Positions 12,691 to 26,121 of a stretch of DNA of 64,000 nucleotides are shown one piece after another. This stretch comes from Eledone cirrhosa. Lineage: Eukaryota. The translations under genes and the position numbers were made by a program. The first letter of the stretch is position 1. Every line of letters begins with the position of its first letter. The notes below the pieces were generated by a model. The model searched no databases, was not told where the DNA came from, and saw only the letters and a program-made list of their open reading frames with translations. Location: NCBI GenBank assembly GCA_964016885.1, contig OZ024742.1:231756001-231820000 (forward strand). Direction: 5' to 3'.

Positions 12691-12877
12691 GGTGGATTGG
12701 CAGTATCGGTAGAGGGTCGGTAGACGCCATGCTTGGCAGCATAGAGTTACGGCCCTTTATGATCTGAGTTCAAATCCCGCCGAGGTTAACTTTGCCTTTC
12801 ATCCTTACGGGGTCGATAAAATAAAGTACCAGTAATGCACTGGGATAATTGCTGGCCTTGTGCCAAAAGTAGAAATA
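12691..12877 (+). mobile_element. tRNA-derived SINE family 1 (Nin/Deu-like central domain), full-length
   Basis: A-box tggcagtatcgg and B-box gagttcaaatcc. Central gcctttcatccttacggggtcgataaaataaagtacc. 18-bp TSD attatttcaactatgcct. Confidence 0.9.
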
Positions 12878-13053
12878 ATTATTTCAACTATGCCTTTGCT
12901 TAATACTGGTTTATCTTTGCTTAATTAAGTTATTGGAGGTTGCCATTTTGAACTTGCTTTGATGAAATATTTCTGAGCAAGTTCATTTACATGTCAAAAA
13001 TGCAGTTTTCTCTTTTCATACAATTGTATACATTGATTGATACATTGTGAAAT

Positions 13054-13093
<40 letters not shown>

Positions 13094-13460
13094 TATACTT
13101 ATGCTAGATGAAAACTGCCCAGAGGACGGCATTTCTCATACTTAATGATTTGTAATTTTGGCACAAGGTCAGCAACATGTGGAGGAAGAGCGATTATATT
13201 GACCCATACATGACTCACCTTATTTTATTGATCCTAGAAATATGAAAGGCAAAGTTGACCTTGGTGCAATTTGAACTCTGAAAGTAGAAACCTAGAACCA
13301 ATACTGCTAAGCATTTGTCATTTTATAATATTTTCATAAATATTTATAGTATTGTATGTATAATCTGTATGGTATATTGGTACTGCTTTGCAATATTGTC
13401 TGTATAACTTGTATGGTATATTGGTACTGATATGTTGAAGATACTTGTTTGTTATTTCAG

Positions 13461-13598
13461 CTAGTAAAGTTGCAAACAGTGATTTGAAATGGAGTAGTGA
13501 AATTGTCCGAGAAGTTACCGAGAATTTTAACCAATCTTTGTGGTTTGATCCTGAAATACCAAAAATGGCATACACTGTCCGAGATCCTGTCATGAATA
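13461..13598 (+). CDS. NADK2: NADK2 coding exon
   Basis: atttcag acceptor and gtaaat donor. Encodes ASKVANSDLKWSSEIVREVTENFNQSLWFDPEIPKMAYTVRDPVMN, matching the NADK2 VTNEYNESLLYSPEEP...IREP region. Confidence 0.9.
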
Positions 13599-14357
13599 GT
13601 AAATTTTTCTTTTTTATATTTTACTATTATTTATTATATTAACTGTTGTGTATCTGGTTTAGAATAGTTACACCATATCCCTGCATACTGTAAGAAGCAA
13701 CTAAAAGTGTTGGTGTCAGGAAGAGCATCCAGTTGTAAAACATTGCTCCAAAAAGCTCCATCCTACCCATGACAGCATGGGAAAGTCGATGTAAAAACGA
13801 TGATGAGGATACTATAGTATAAAATATTTATATCAGTAATGATTTTCCATACTACATTGGAGATGATTTCTGGCTTCCAAATTTTTATATCGTTTCAGTT
13901 GTGTAACTCACTTTTTATCAATAACTATTAACCCTTTATCATTTAAACATTTAAACAGAATTCTTTCAACTCTTTCTGTTTAAACTGGCCATAACTGTTT
14001 GTTCATACATATGTTAAAGTATTGTTCTCAAAATAAATATCAAAATCTCATAGATTTGATATTATGTGAGATAAAGCTTTTACCATGAAAATATAATAGT
14101 AAATATAGAGTAATATAAATGCTTCCATATTATAGGATGTGGTTGCAGCATGACCAAATGGTTAAGAAGTTTGCTTTTCAATCATTAGGTCCCAGGTTCT
14201 GAGTTAAAATCTTGCCATAGTCAACTTTGTTTATTATTCCACCCCCTCCCCACCACCCAAGGTTGATCAAATGTATGCCAGTGAAGTAGTGAGGTCAATA
14301 TAATCGGTTATATCCTAACCCAAATTCTGTGATCTTATGTTCATTGCTAGAAATCAT

Positions 14358-14662
14358 TCCCGCCGAGGTTGACTTTGCCTTTCATCCTTACGGGGTCGAT
14401 AAAATAAAGTACCAGTAATGAACTGGGTAATTGCTAGCCTTGTGCCTAAAGTAGAAACAATTATTTATCATACTCCAACATTGGATTGGCAGTATCGTTA
14501 GAGGGTCGGATGCCATGCTTTGCAGCATAGAGTTACGGCCCTTTATGATTTGAGTTCAAATCCCGCAAGGTTAACTTTGCCTTTCATCATTACTGGATCG
14601 ATATAATAAAGCACCAGTAATGCACTGGGGTAATTGCTGGCCTTGTACGAAAAGAAGAAACA
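14358..14662 (+). mobile_element. Two stacked SINE family 1 copies
   Basis: A 5'-truncated copy is followed by a full copy flanked by the 19-bp TSD attatttatcatactccaa. Confidence 0.85.
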
Positions 14663-15730
14663 ATTATTTATCATACTCCAAATTTGCAGAAATTTCATTA
14701 CTTCCCTTGTATCAATGATTTTGAAAGTCAATCTACTTTGGAAGGGAAAAAAACAATTTGTCATGTCTCTATTGAAATCCAAGTGGGGTGATCACAGAAA
14801 TGAAAGGAAAAGAAAATGTTTTCACGATAAATTGAAGTATTCACTCATCTACATTAGTTCTCTTACAATCTTACTCTTAATGGCTCTCTCTCAGTATCCT
14901 TTGGGGTGACACTTCCTCTATTTTGTCATCTGGGAACATGATGCAGCTTGCACCTGGGGTTCGGCACACAAGAGAGCATTTTCCTACACTGTTTGAGCTT
15001 GTATCATTGGGGTAGCAATGGTATGGGTTGCTGATATCTACAACATCTCTCAACACATACACATACATAAATTATGAACAATCACCCATTTTACTCATAA
15101 ATGTTTTACACACCTAGACTAAAATATTTAATGTCAAAATTCAAAAACCACTTTGACTTGTATATTAATATTTTCAGGGTTTTTTCCCCACAACATATTT
15201 CTAACTACTTATAACAGTGGTTCTCAAAAGATATCTAGGTGTATCACAATTTAAAAAAAAATGTAATTTAACCCTTTAACATTTACATTACTCTATATTT
15301 ACTATTGTATTTTCGGGGTAAAACCTTTACCTTGCATAATTATCTTACATAATATCGAATCTATGAGATTTTGATATCATTTATTTTGAGAACAATACCT
15401 TAACATCAGTATGAGTGGCCGGTTACAGTTGATTTGAACAGAAAGAGGTGAAAGAATTCTGGCTGGATACGGCCAACATAAATGTTAAAGAGTTACTACT
15501 TTACAAAATCTCTACTAATGCTTGAGGATCTTGAAAAACATGTTATTCATTATTTCGTTATACACAAGTATAATCAGTAAAAGAAGTTAAGCAATCATCA
15601 TCACCATCATCATTATCATCACATACCTGCTGAAGTGATTTAAATGAATATTATCTTTTCCTCATTACATAATTATAGAAACAATTATTTTGAAGATAGG
15701 AAATGTAGTCGTTCCAACGTTAATGAGTAT

Positions 15731-15916
15731 AATAATTGTTTCTACTTTTGGCACAAGGCCAGCAATTATCCAGTGTATTACTGGTACTTTATTTTATCGA
15801 CCCCGTAAGGATGAAAGGCAAAGTTAACCTCGGCAGGATTTGAACTCAGACCGTAAAGGGACGTAACTCTATGCTTCAATGCAATGTGACCGACTCTCTA
15901 CCGATACTGCCAATCC
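15731..15916 (-). mobile_element. SINE family 1
   Basis: Reverse complement of the 12691 consensus. Confidence 0.85.
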
Positions 15917-16012
15917 ATAATAATAGTTGATCACTATAAATAATAGATGAGGAAATTAGGTAAAGTTGCCCTGGAGACATTCATAATGATCTAATATTAT
16001 TATAGTCATTTA

Positions 16013-16200
16013 GGGTGGTGGATTGGCAGTATCGGTAGAGGGTCGGACGCCCTGCTTTGACGCATAGAGTTACGACCCTTGCCATTCTGAGTTCAAATCC
16101 CGCCGAGGTTAACTTTACCTTTCATCCTTACGGGGTCGAAATAATAAAGTACCAGTAATACACTGGAATAATTGCTGGCCTTGTGCCAAAAGTAGAAACA
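16013..16200 (+). mobile_element. SINE family 1
   Basis: Full copy with 17-bp TSD attattatagtcattta. Confidence 0.9.
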
Positions 16201-16300
16201 ATTATTATAGTCATTTACATTGGAACGACTACATTTTAAATTTTTTCAATCTTTCTTAAGTCAACTGGATATTAATTTTAGTACAAATGTATATTTGCAG

Positions 16301-16340
16301 GTGTTTTTCAAATTCCCAACCCACGTGGATGTGTAAAAAA
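16301..16340 (+). CDS. NADK2: NADK2 40-bp micro-exon
   Basis: tttgcag acceptor and gtaagt donor. Encodes (S)VFQIPNPRGCVK(K). It bridges the phase-1 end of the previous exon to the phase-2 start of the last exon, and its length matches the missing NADK2 segment. Confidence 0.88.
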
Positions 16341-18043
16341 GTAAGTACTTTTTCTTCTTTTATCTTTTTGGAGGAAAGGAGCTGTTGATTAAATTGACCC
16401 ACTGCTGAACTGGTAATTATATATATATAAAGTGGTTGCGTAGGTGTCATGACAAAAATCACCCAGCTCACATTGTACATTGGTCATGTAGGAGTCACGA
16501 CAAGAAGCACCCAGCACACAGTAAATTAGGTTGGCGTTAGGAAGGGCATCTAGCCGTAAAAATCTAGCCAGAAACAGTCCTATACAAGCAAGACATGGTT
16601 GCCCGACCCAACTTGCCTCTAATGGGATAACCCATCTAACCCATGTTAGTGTGGAAGATAGACGTTAAACGATGATAATGATGATAATGATATACCATGC
16701 AGTTGAGGTTATCTGTACGTGTAGCTGCACCACTGTCCCAAATTTGACACTATATCTGATAAATATGAGATGGTAACAGCTGCATTTCATTTCATTACAG
16801 GTCTGCTTCCTCAGAGCTGAACTGAAGTAAATGACAACAGTATATGGTGACCCTTATTCCTTGGACACTTGCTTAACAGAACTCTCCTTAATGTTTCACA
16901 CTATCTATGCTAAATCCCATTTTATCAAATTTTAAGCTACTTATTCTTTCATTTCTGATCAATGAAAACCTTCACAGATTTTGGTTAAAGTATCAAAAGG
17001 CTGAGACGACTCAGCTGTGTAAAAGACATGACAACCTCCCTAGTGATAAACACACTCAGTACACTCTGTAAAGTGGTTAATTATAGGAAAGGCATCCAGC
17101 CATATAAAATTGCCAAACAAAGGGTTGGGAAGACTCTTCAGCTAAACTCCCTAGTGTTGGTAATTTACATAATAAATGCACTCAGTACTCTGTCAAGTGG
17201 TTGGAGATGGAAAGGGCATCCAGCCATAGAAAAACATAGTGTTGGGAGGACTCTCCAGCTGTGTCAAAGACATAACAACCTTCCAAGTGCTGGTGTCATG
17301 ATGAAATGCACTTGGTAGTGTGTGGGATCGTACCTGAGTTGCAGGCTGTTGGCCTATCTGAACACTTAGTAGGGTTCAGAAACATGAGTTGACTGGAGCA
17401 TTGAGAAATGAAGTGTTTTGCTCAAAAAGAAAACACACTACATGCTTGAGGAATCATGCCTATGACTTTATGATCGTAAGTCCAATACTGTAACCAGTAG
17501 GAAGTGTGCCTTCATTATAATATAAATTAGATAGTAAAAAATAATGTTTTATTTGAAGGCTACAATACTGAAAATAAGACATTAGATGTAAAAAATATTG
17601 ATAACAAGGAATACTGGGCTGTTTCCTTGTTTAAGAGTCCTTGATATTTTGGGATAAAATTCCTTCATCCAAAAACAGCCGAGGAAACTAATTTGGTGCA
17701 GGATATCTTGTGTCGTTCATATGCTGCCATTTTTAAAATCTGAAATTGGGGGGTTGTTTCCAATGCTGGAAGTAGTGAATGGATTACATGGTATGTGTTC
17801 TAAGTTATGGTTGTATTTATTTTGGAAGTGGAATGAAGTGAGGTAGTAAGTCAGTCTGTGTTAGCTACTGGGTGTTGAGCTCTAGTCTGTTGTTGATTTT
17901 CTGTTTGAGTTACTGGGTGTTGAGCTCTAGTCTGCTGTTGATTTTGTGTTTGAGTTTTGCTATTAGAATAGATTCTTATAATACAAATACTTCTATCAAA
18001 TAGCAAGTTTCCAAATTCAAATAATATAATTCTATCGTTTCAG

Positions 18044-18179
18044 AATCAAGGTTCATTCTCGAATGTGGGATGCATGTCTTGTCATTGATGGAGGATCTTC
18101 ATTTACATTTAATGATGGAGCTGAAGCTACACTTGAAATACATGAAGAAGATGCTTTAAGGACAGTTTCTTTGGATTAA
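18044..18179 (+). CDS. NADK2: NADK2 terminal coding exon
   Basis: gtttcag acceptor. Encodes IKVHSRMWDACLVIDGGSSFTFNDGAEATLEIHEEDALRTVSLD followed by TAA, matching the NADK2 C-terminus (SRCWDACMVVDGGTSFEFNDGA...EDELRTV). Confidence 0.95.
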
Positions 18180-18405
18180 ACTGGAACAAACTTTATACAT
18201 TTCTTTTTTTTTTTTGAAAAGTTAAATTATTGTGATGTATAATTACAGATGAATATGAATAGATTTGCAAACTGTATTTTGTTTTATTTATTAGGAAACA
18301 TCAAATATATGTATCAAACAGTTGTTGTGTCTCTGTTCAAATATGAGTTTTGGCTTTTTTCTATAATCTTTGAGGAAAATATCTTTTAAATATGGTTTAT
18401 TTTAA

Positions 18406-18614
18406 CCCTTTAGCATTTAAACCAGCCATATCCGGCCAGAATTCTCTCACCTCTTTCTGTTCAAACTGGTTGAAACCAGCCTCTCATATTGACATTAAGG
18501 TATTGTTCTCAAAATAAATAATATCAAAATCTCATAGATTCAATATTATGTGAGATGAAGCCTTTACCACGAAAATACAATAGTATATATAAGAGCAATG
18601 TAGATGCTAAAGGG
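18406..18614. mobile_element. piggyBac-type MITE (relatives at about 13932-14122 and 15272-15492)
   Basis: ttaa then TIR ccctttagcat ... atgctaaaggg. The same body occurs three times around NADK2. Confidence 0.7.
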
Positions 18615-20070
18615 TCACTTGGACAACAGCAACATATTTTGAAGTTGATACACCAAGAACTTATTGCAGGTGAGTACAAGTCAAAAACCTAATGTTCATG
18701 TGATTCCCTTCTCTATGTATGTGTGTGCATATGATCATCACCATCATCACCGTTTAATGTCTATTCTTTCATGCTTGCATAGGTCAAACAAGTCGTCCAT
18801 GTCATAAGACAAGTCTAGCTAGCTGGCCACACTGTACCTTGCTCAAATGGAACTATTTTCGCTGGGAATTTTACAACTGGGTGCTCTTCCTAACACCAAC
18901 TACATTACAGTGTATAACTGGGTGGTCCCATTTATGAGGCAGGTCTGGTCAGTTGGCCATGCCATGCCCTGCTTATTGTGTCTGGAACTGGGTGGCACTG
19001 TTGTGAGGCAGGTCTTGCCAATTGGACTTGTTGTACCTTGCTCAAAATGGGACTATTTTGGCTGGGATTTTTACAGCTGGATGCCCTTCCTAACCATGTT
19101 TACACTGTAAAACTGGGTGCTGGGTGGCACCGTTATGATGAAGGTCTGGCCAGTTGGCTGCTCCGTACCCTGCTCACAATGGTTCTGTATTTTGGGATTT
19201 AGGTGGTCTCATTATGAGGGAGGTCTGGCCAGTTGGTCATGCCATGCCTTGCTCATAGTAGGGACAATGTTACTAGTTGCTCCTGTTATATGGCAAGTCT
19301 GGCCAGATGGCTGCACCATACCTCACACATATCGGGACTGTGTGTTGGCTAGGGTTTTACAGCTGCTGGATACCCTTCCTAAAACCAACTATGTTTATAG
19401 ACATTAAATGATGATGATTTGTATTTATAATAAGATATAATTGGTAAGTGATAATCACTTTGTGCCAGATTTCTCTGGGAAATGGTAATTTGATATTTTC
19501 CTCCCTACTCCGTCTCACACATGCACAGTGTTGATAAGTGGTCAAGCAATTGTTATCTATCTTTGGACAATAAAAACATCTATTTATATACCTAATTGTC
19601 TATCTACCTACCTGCCTTGCTGTCTATCTGTTTGCATTTCTGTCTACCTACCTACCTACCTGTCCATCTACTTACCTACCTATTTATTTATCTGTCTATC
19701 TTTTTGCCTGTTAATCTATAGTTATCTAATCATGTACATTTACTAATCTATCTGACAACAATGTACAATAGCAGCCTGAATGTCGGTAGATAGAACAAAG
19801 TTGTAATCTATATATACATTTCTGCAGTTCTGTTACAACATGTAAAGAAAGAGGAGTAGTTTGACTACCTCGTACTACTCCTCTCTCTTTACGTCTGCTG
19901 CCTGCGTGAATGTATGTGTGTGTAAAAGGAAAGAAGGTGATGGTGAAAAAACTACGCTGTGTGTGTTTGTGTAAATGTATGTGTGCGTTTGTGTGAATGT
20001 ATGTGTGTTTGTGTAAATGTATGTCTGAGTGTATTTTTGTAAGTGTGTCTGCACGTTTATATTTATATAC

Positions 20071-20413
20071 TCATCACCATCATCATCATTTTACGTCCGC
20101 TTTTCCCTGCTTGCAAGGGTGAGATGGGGGGACTGATTCTGGCTTGATTTCTACAGCTGGATGCCCTTCCTAACACCAACCTCATTTACAGTGAGTGCTG
20201 GGTGCTTTTTTTTTTACGTGGCACCTCCACGACCACTTTGCAGTGGAATGATATGGACCCCAGTCCCTATCATCTCATTTCTACAGCTGAGTAAACTGGA
20301 GCAATGTGAAATAAAGTGTCTTGCTCAAGGAAACAACACATCACCCGGTCTGAGATTTGAACTCGCAACCTTTTTATTGCAAGGCCAATGCTCTAACCAC
20401 TAAGCCATGTGCC
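20071..20413 (-). mobile_element. tRNA-headed SINE with an RTE-type 3' tail
   Basis: On the minus strand: A/B-box-like head (ggcttagtggttagagc...gagttcaaatc), central domain (gagcaagacactttatttcacattgctccag), then the RTE 3' UTR motif ending in (GAT)n. Confidence 0.75.
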
Positions 20414-21092
20414 TCATACATATAAATGTATGCATATGCACATACACACACGCACACAGATATACACATATAGGTCATCATCATCATCGTTTAATGTCTA
20501 TCTTCCATGCTAGCATGGGTTTAGACAGGAATTGTCCCACTTGAGGCAAGATTGGTTGTCTTGCTCGTGTAGGACTATCTGGCAGGTTTTCTATGGCTGG
20601 ATGCCCTTCCTAACACCAACCACGTTTACAGTGTGTATGGAAAGAAATTTCTAGTTTAGTGTATATTTTGTAACTGATTTAAATAAGCGTAAAATGAAAT
20701 GTCATTGGCCGAAGTGACAAGAGGGAGAAGGTTAAGGAAAATTGAGGGTACAAGTGTCTTTACATTGAATCTTGTAATCAAGGAATTGTTGAATTAAATA
20801 TTTCTTACTATAAACCCTGCCATTTCCAATATATATATATATATATATATTTAACCTGATTGTATTTTCATTGTTGTGGTGGCTTCTGTGGCTTTGTCCC
20901 CTTAATTACAATTTTCAATTTTCAATTTGTCACGCTATTTAATGTATGTTTACTACTCTAAGATGTAACCTATCGATCTATCAATACCTTCTTATTGAGT
21001 GCTTCATGCAAGCTCTGAATTGTTTTTTCGTGGATGTTGGCTGACCGCCGCAACTTTGATTTTAGTAACTTCCACTCTTACATATATATATA

Positions 21093-21400
21093 TCAGGTTG
21101 TAACAAAAGTCCTGTTCGTTTTTAAGGCTCAATAAAACAACTAAAAATAAAACACAATATCAAATATATTTAATCGTTAATGTAGTCACCATTCTCCTCT
21201 ATGACCTCTCTCCATCTGTCAGTAAGCTTTTTAATGTCATGTGCTTAAAATTCTTTAGATTTTGAAATAAAAAAGAAATCTAACTCATTTTCAACTTCTC
21301 TTGAAATAAATCTTAATGCACTCAAATGATTTTGCAAACTTCTGAAGAGATGGTAATCTGTTGGTGTGAGGTCTGGGGGATATTGTGATAAGTAGCGTGT
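21093..21400 (-). mobile_element. Mariner (DD34D-type) transposase remnant
   Basis: Minus frame YPPDLTPTDYHLFRSLQNHL matches the mariner YSPDLAPSDYHLFRSL motif. Abuts (TA)n. Confidence 0.75.
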
Positions 21401-21719
21401 GGTTTGTATGAAAAGAATTAGATATATCAAAAATATATCAAAATAAAAACATCTTAATTTCATTGTTGTGTTAGAAATGGAAGTAAGATTAAAAAAACAA
21501 ACAATCCAGAGCTCACTTATGCTAGAATATTACAGATAACGATACAATTATATAATGTAATACATATGACAAGGTTCAAAAGTAATCAGAATATAAAAAT
21601 ATTACTTACATAACTTGTTATACAACTGTTTAGAATCTCAGAGAAAAAGTTCATGAACTACCATGGTTCAGTAATGCACTGGGATAATTGCTGGCCTTAT
21701 GCCAAAAATAGAAACAATT

Positions 21720-22140
21720 ATTTTATGTCTGTTTTTCCACACTTGAATGGGTTGGACAGGTCCTTTTCAGCACAGCATCTCTCCACTTGCTGCATTTTTT
21801 TGTCATCTCCTCTGCGAGTCTCAGCAATTTTGAGATCTGTTCACACCACCTCTGCCCAGGTCTTTCATTATCTACCTCTATTGTGGCTTCCGTCCATTGG
21901 TATTTCCTGGCACTTCACCCAGCGATCATCATCCATACACATCACATGTCCTTACCAACACAGTCTTCCCTCTGGCACACCACTTTGGATTCCTCTTAAA
22001 CTCAGTTTCTCCCTCAGTTCATCCAAGCTCTTCTTTTCTCTCACATTTACATTGCACATCCAACGAAGCACGTCTGCGTCATTTCTCTCCAGTCTACGCC
22101 AGTCCTCTGGAGTCACTGCCCATGTTTCACTACCATGCAG
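21720..22140 (-). mobile_element. Decayed RTE 3' fragment
   Basis: Reverse strand encodes LHGSETWAV...LERNDA...WxGHVM-like sequence. Confidence 0.7.
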
Positions 22141-22275
22141 TATATGTATATAAATATATATATATATATATAGTATAGGAATAAAGGAACAAAGAATCAG
22201 TGTTGCATCATAACATATTACATATGTTTCACTGTCGATCAGCTTGAGGAATGATCTATTATTGATCGAACCTGA

Positions 22276-22312
<37 letters not shown>

Positions 22313-22314
<2 letters not shown>

Positions 22315-23608
22315 GGGTGTGGACGATATTTGTTCGCAAGATTACTGTCTAAGAAAAAATAACATAGTAGTTTTATTTTCTAAGATATATTTATCAAACT
22401 TGGGTCAGTTTGTCTTTATGACTTGTTCTTTCGATCTCACTCGATAAACCCGCCATTGGCTTTGATGACGGCTTCAAGGCGGCCTCGGAACCGGCTACAG
22501 GCCTTCGTCACTGTCCCCCGACTTAGGCCCCTAAAGGCACTTGTGATCCTGAACTTCAGATCGTCTTTCGTATTGCAGCTAAATCTGTTGGTGTCTCGTT
22601 CCACTGCGCCTCACAGAAAGAAGTCGAGGGGGTTGCAGTCAGGCGAGCTGGGAGGCCAGATGTCAGGTGAAGTGTGGTCGACAAAGTTCTCTGACAGCCA
22701 GGCTTGGGTCTTTCAGCTGGTATGGCAGGGCGCTGAGTCTTGCTGCCACACGTACGGCCTACCTGCAGCTACCTGGTCTATCCAGGGCTTTACTACCCCG
22801 CTCAGAATGCAGATGGAGCCATCGGTGTTCAGTTTGAGCCCTCAGGGAAGAAGTGAGGTGGCATGACGTCACCTTGACGGCTGACAACACCTAAGACCAA
22901 TGTTGTCGCCGGAAACTTTGTCTGCATGACTCTGGGCACGTCTTTGGATGAGACAGCGAGCCACCTGTTGTTCTGGGAGTTGATCTTCTGGTCTTGGCAG
23001 AAGTTTTTCTCGTCGGAGAAAAACCACAGCATGTCTGGCTCCAGTGGGTGTTTCAACTTGTTGATCAGCTTCTTTGCATGCTTCAGTCGCTTTTCTTGCA
23101 TCGCCTTTGACAGAAATTGTCCTTTCCTCATCTTGTATGAAACGTAGCGAATGTCTTCATGTACCACCAGCCTAATGAGCTTTTCATCCACACCTTTCTC
23201 CCTTGCAATGGCACACATCGACTTGCTAGGTTCATTGTTGATGATATCCTGAAGTACAGCAACAAACTCGGGCGTTCTGTAGGCGTCAGATCGTCGATCA
23301 TATGTTTTGCTCTCTGATGTTGCTTCGTAGTCGAATACTGAATCTTCCAATTCCTTTCTGACCTTTTTCACCATTCTCCTGCTGATGCTGAGAAAGTCTG
23401 AAATTTCCTTATTTGTCCTCCCGGCGCGGATTCCAAGAAGAACTCCGTGTCTCTTCCACAAATTTGGAGGTTCAAAATTATTCATAATCAATTATTCTGA
23501 AAATAAATAATGGAAATATAGTCACTGTTTTTATGAAGACAAGAGTGACAACGGAAATAAAAAAAATTTGCATAAAATTAGCAGCTGAAAATTGCGAACA
23601 AATATCGT
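22313..23608 (-). mobile_element. Tc1/mariner DD37D (maT) transposon, inactivated
   Basis: Minus-strand WFFSDEKNF ... WQQDSAPCH ... WPPSSPDCNPLDF, with 37 residues between the 2nd and 3rd Asp. One frameshift and one in-frame TGA. TIR acgatatttgttcgcaa at both ends (right one clipped), set in (TA)n. Confidence 0.9.
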
Positions 23609-24120
23609 ATATATATATATATATATGTACAAATATTGTATATATATATATATATATATATATGTGTGCATGTTAAATAAATAACCAAAGTTCTTGCTGG
23701 AAAATCATTCATTTGATTTAATTGTTGTATGAACTTTGCTCATTCATTTGGTCTGAATGATTACTGATAATAACAGCACATTGAGTTCTTAATTATCTTG
23801 CCATGTAAAAATTAAGTGGATCCCTCTACATATTAATCTTTGTATATAAATATATATATGTATATATGAAGATAAGTCAAATTAAATTTTGTTTGTGTAG
23901 ATCAGATGTACAAACAAAATAAATAAGGAAGTTTGCTTACCAACTTCTTTTTTCTCGATGTGTTCCTTGCAAGGCATATGGTAATTATCCAGTTAAAGAG
24001 GTTATGGTACAATTATCCAGTTAAAGATCATGTAGTATTTATAATAACAAGTACGGTACCAGGAAAAATAGGAATAACTAGGCAGGAAGAATTGGTGGTT
24101 CCTTACCACATTTCCTTTGT

Positions 24121-24165
<45 letters not shown>

Positions 24166-26121
24166 TGAATTGGCAGAGTCATTGTGGTACTTGTTCACAT
24201 TTTTGGTGCATTGAGTTCATATCTTTTCAGGGTTGATAAATAAACTACCAGTCCAGTATTGAGTCAATTTTTCCCTGCTGCTCTTTCTTTTTCTCTCTTA
24301 TTTGGAAAGAAAATTGGTTGTGGAAAACAATGGTCTCTACAAGTTTTAAAAACACCTGTACTACAATATATAGTATGTTAAGATGATGCCCCTGCAACTC
24401 CATTTGATGTTCAGGGTCTGAAGAAAGATGATTAGAGACATGTTGAACTGGAGAAAACTTGCCTAGTTGTATAAAAGCAAGACACCCAGTGTGCTCTTAT
24501 AATTCCATCCATTTCTGCTATAGTAACTGCTACACCCTTATGCTCCATATCCCCATTTTAGGCATCCTCTGTACAGATGTGACCTGCCCATTCATAAAAC
24601 CATTGTTTTTAGTATCTATTCTCATCATCACTGTTTCCCTCCATTTTAAGATCACTCCCACCACTTTCTCCCCCTCCTGTTAAATCCCACCACACTTGTC
24701 ATACACTCATCCTTCTTATCATTACTATCCTATTCTCACCCACAAAATATGTGTCTTGAACACGGGAATTTCCCTACCCACTACATTGGGTAGAAAGGGC
24801 TTTTCAGTTAAGTCAATGACCAAAAACCTCATTAGTGTGGGTGCCATGACAAAATGTATTCAGTACAATCTGCAAAGTGGTTGGTTTTAGGATTAACACT
24901 TATCCATAGAAACCATGCTAAAAGGGTTGAGAATTCTCGTCAGTCATGTCATAAACACGACAACCACTCCACTGTTGGTGCCTTGATAAATGCACCAAGT
25001 ACACCCTGTAAAGTGATTTGTGATAGAAGGGCACCCAGTAATAGAAACCATTCTTTCCTTTAACTGTTCAGAAGTTTTAATATTACATTCATTCACTTAA
25101 ATTCTCTTTATTGGCATGAAATAAAAAGAGCTCAATCCATTGTTGTGTGTGTGCATGAGTTAGCAGTATTGACAAAATTCCTTTTGTTGATCATAATATA
25201 ATGATCAAATACATGTGATAGCTATCGTCATCATTTAACATCTGTTCTCCCTGCTAGCAAGGGTTGGATGGGTCATCATAGACCAAGTCAGTATTCAATC
25301 AGTGCTACTGACCACTCAGACAGACCAGGGATCCTCATATCATCATTGTTTAGCGTCCATTTTCCACGCTAACATAAGTTAGATGGGTCATCCCATTTGA
25401 GGTAAGCTGGATCAGGTGCCCATGTCTTACTCATATAGGACTGTTTTTGGCTAGGTTTCTACAGTTGGATGCCCTTAACATGTTTATATTTAAATAAATA
25501 AATTATTCAATAGCAATGATAAAATTTCAAGAATAAAAATATTCCCTAATGAAAGTATTTTGTAATTAATTTGGTATGCTAATCTCAAATATAGCCAAAA
25601 TATTAACTAAATCCAATTTTTTTAATAATAATAACTTCTTAGGAAACAAATACTTTTATTGTTTTAATTTTAAACTATTTAATGAATTTAAACATTTTTA
25701 CATAGCTTATTTATTATTATATTAATGATTTCCAAATGGCTTCTTGGATCTCTTGGAAACTGGTGATGGTCTGCTTTAGTGAAAGCCAGTTAATATGAAG
25801 TTAAGATGCATAGGAAAGATTATTTGGTGTGAGGAGTGCAGAATATGTTTTTGTCATTCTTGAGGGAAGAAATAGGGAGAAAAAACAAGTTGAAAAGTTC
25901 ATTTTGTTAGAGATGGATGGTGTAACGGTAAAAATAAGGACATATTGTGAAGAAGGAGAGGCAGGAAGATACATAGGCATACTGTTTAATACAAAACAAC
26001 TATTTGAACAAACTACATTTAGAGAGGTGGTTCTAGTAACAGATTAAAGTAGTAATATGGCTCAGAAGAATACCTCAAATAATCACACATATTTATACAT
26101 GTGTGTGTGTATATATATATA

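Noticed and set aside
12691-12790. tRNA genes
   Set aside because: The A/B boxes belong to SINE heads; there is no full cloverleaf and each continues into a SINE body with a TSD.
15178-15216. Alternative candidate for the missing NADK2 micro-exon
   Set aside because: Wrong exit phase and weak donor; 16301-16340 fits phase, length and sequence.
22713-22715. In-frame TGA in the transposase as possible selenocysteine
   Set aside because: Not at a Cys position, and the copy also has a frameshift; simple decay is more likely.
22423-22866. 147-aa plus-strand ORF
   Set aside because: Antisense to the maT transposase C-terminus.
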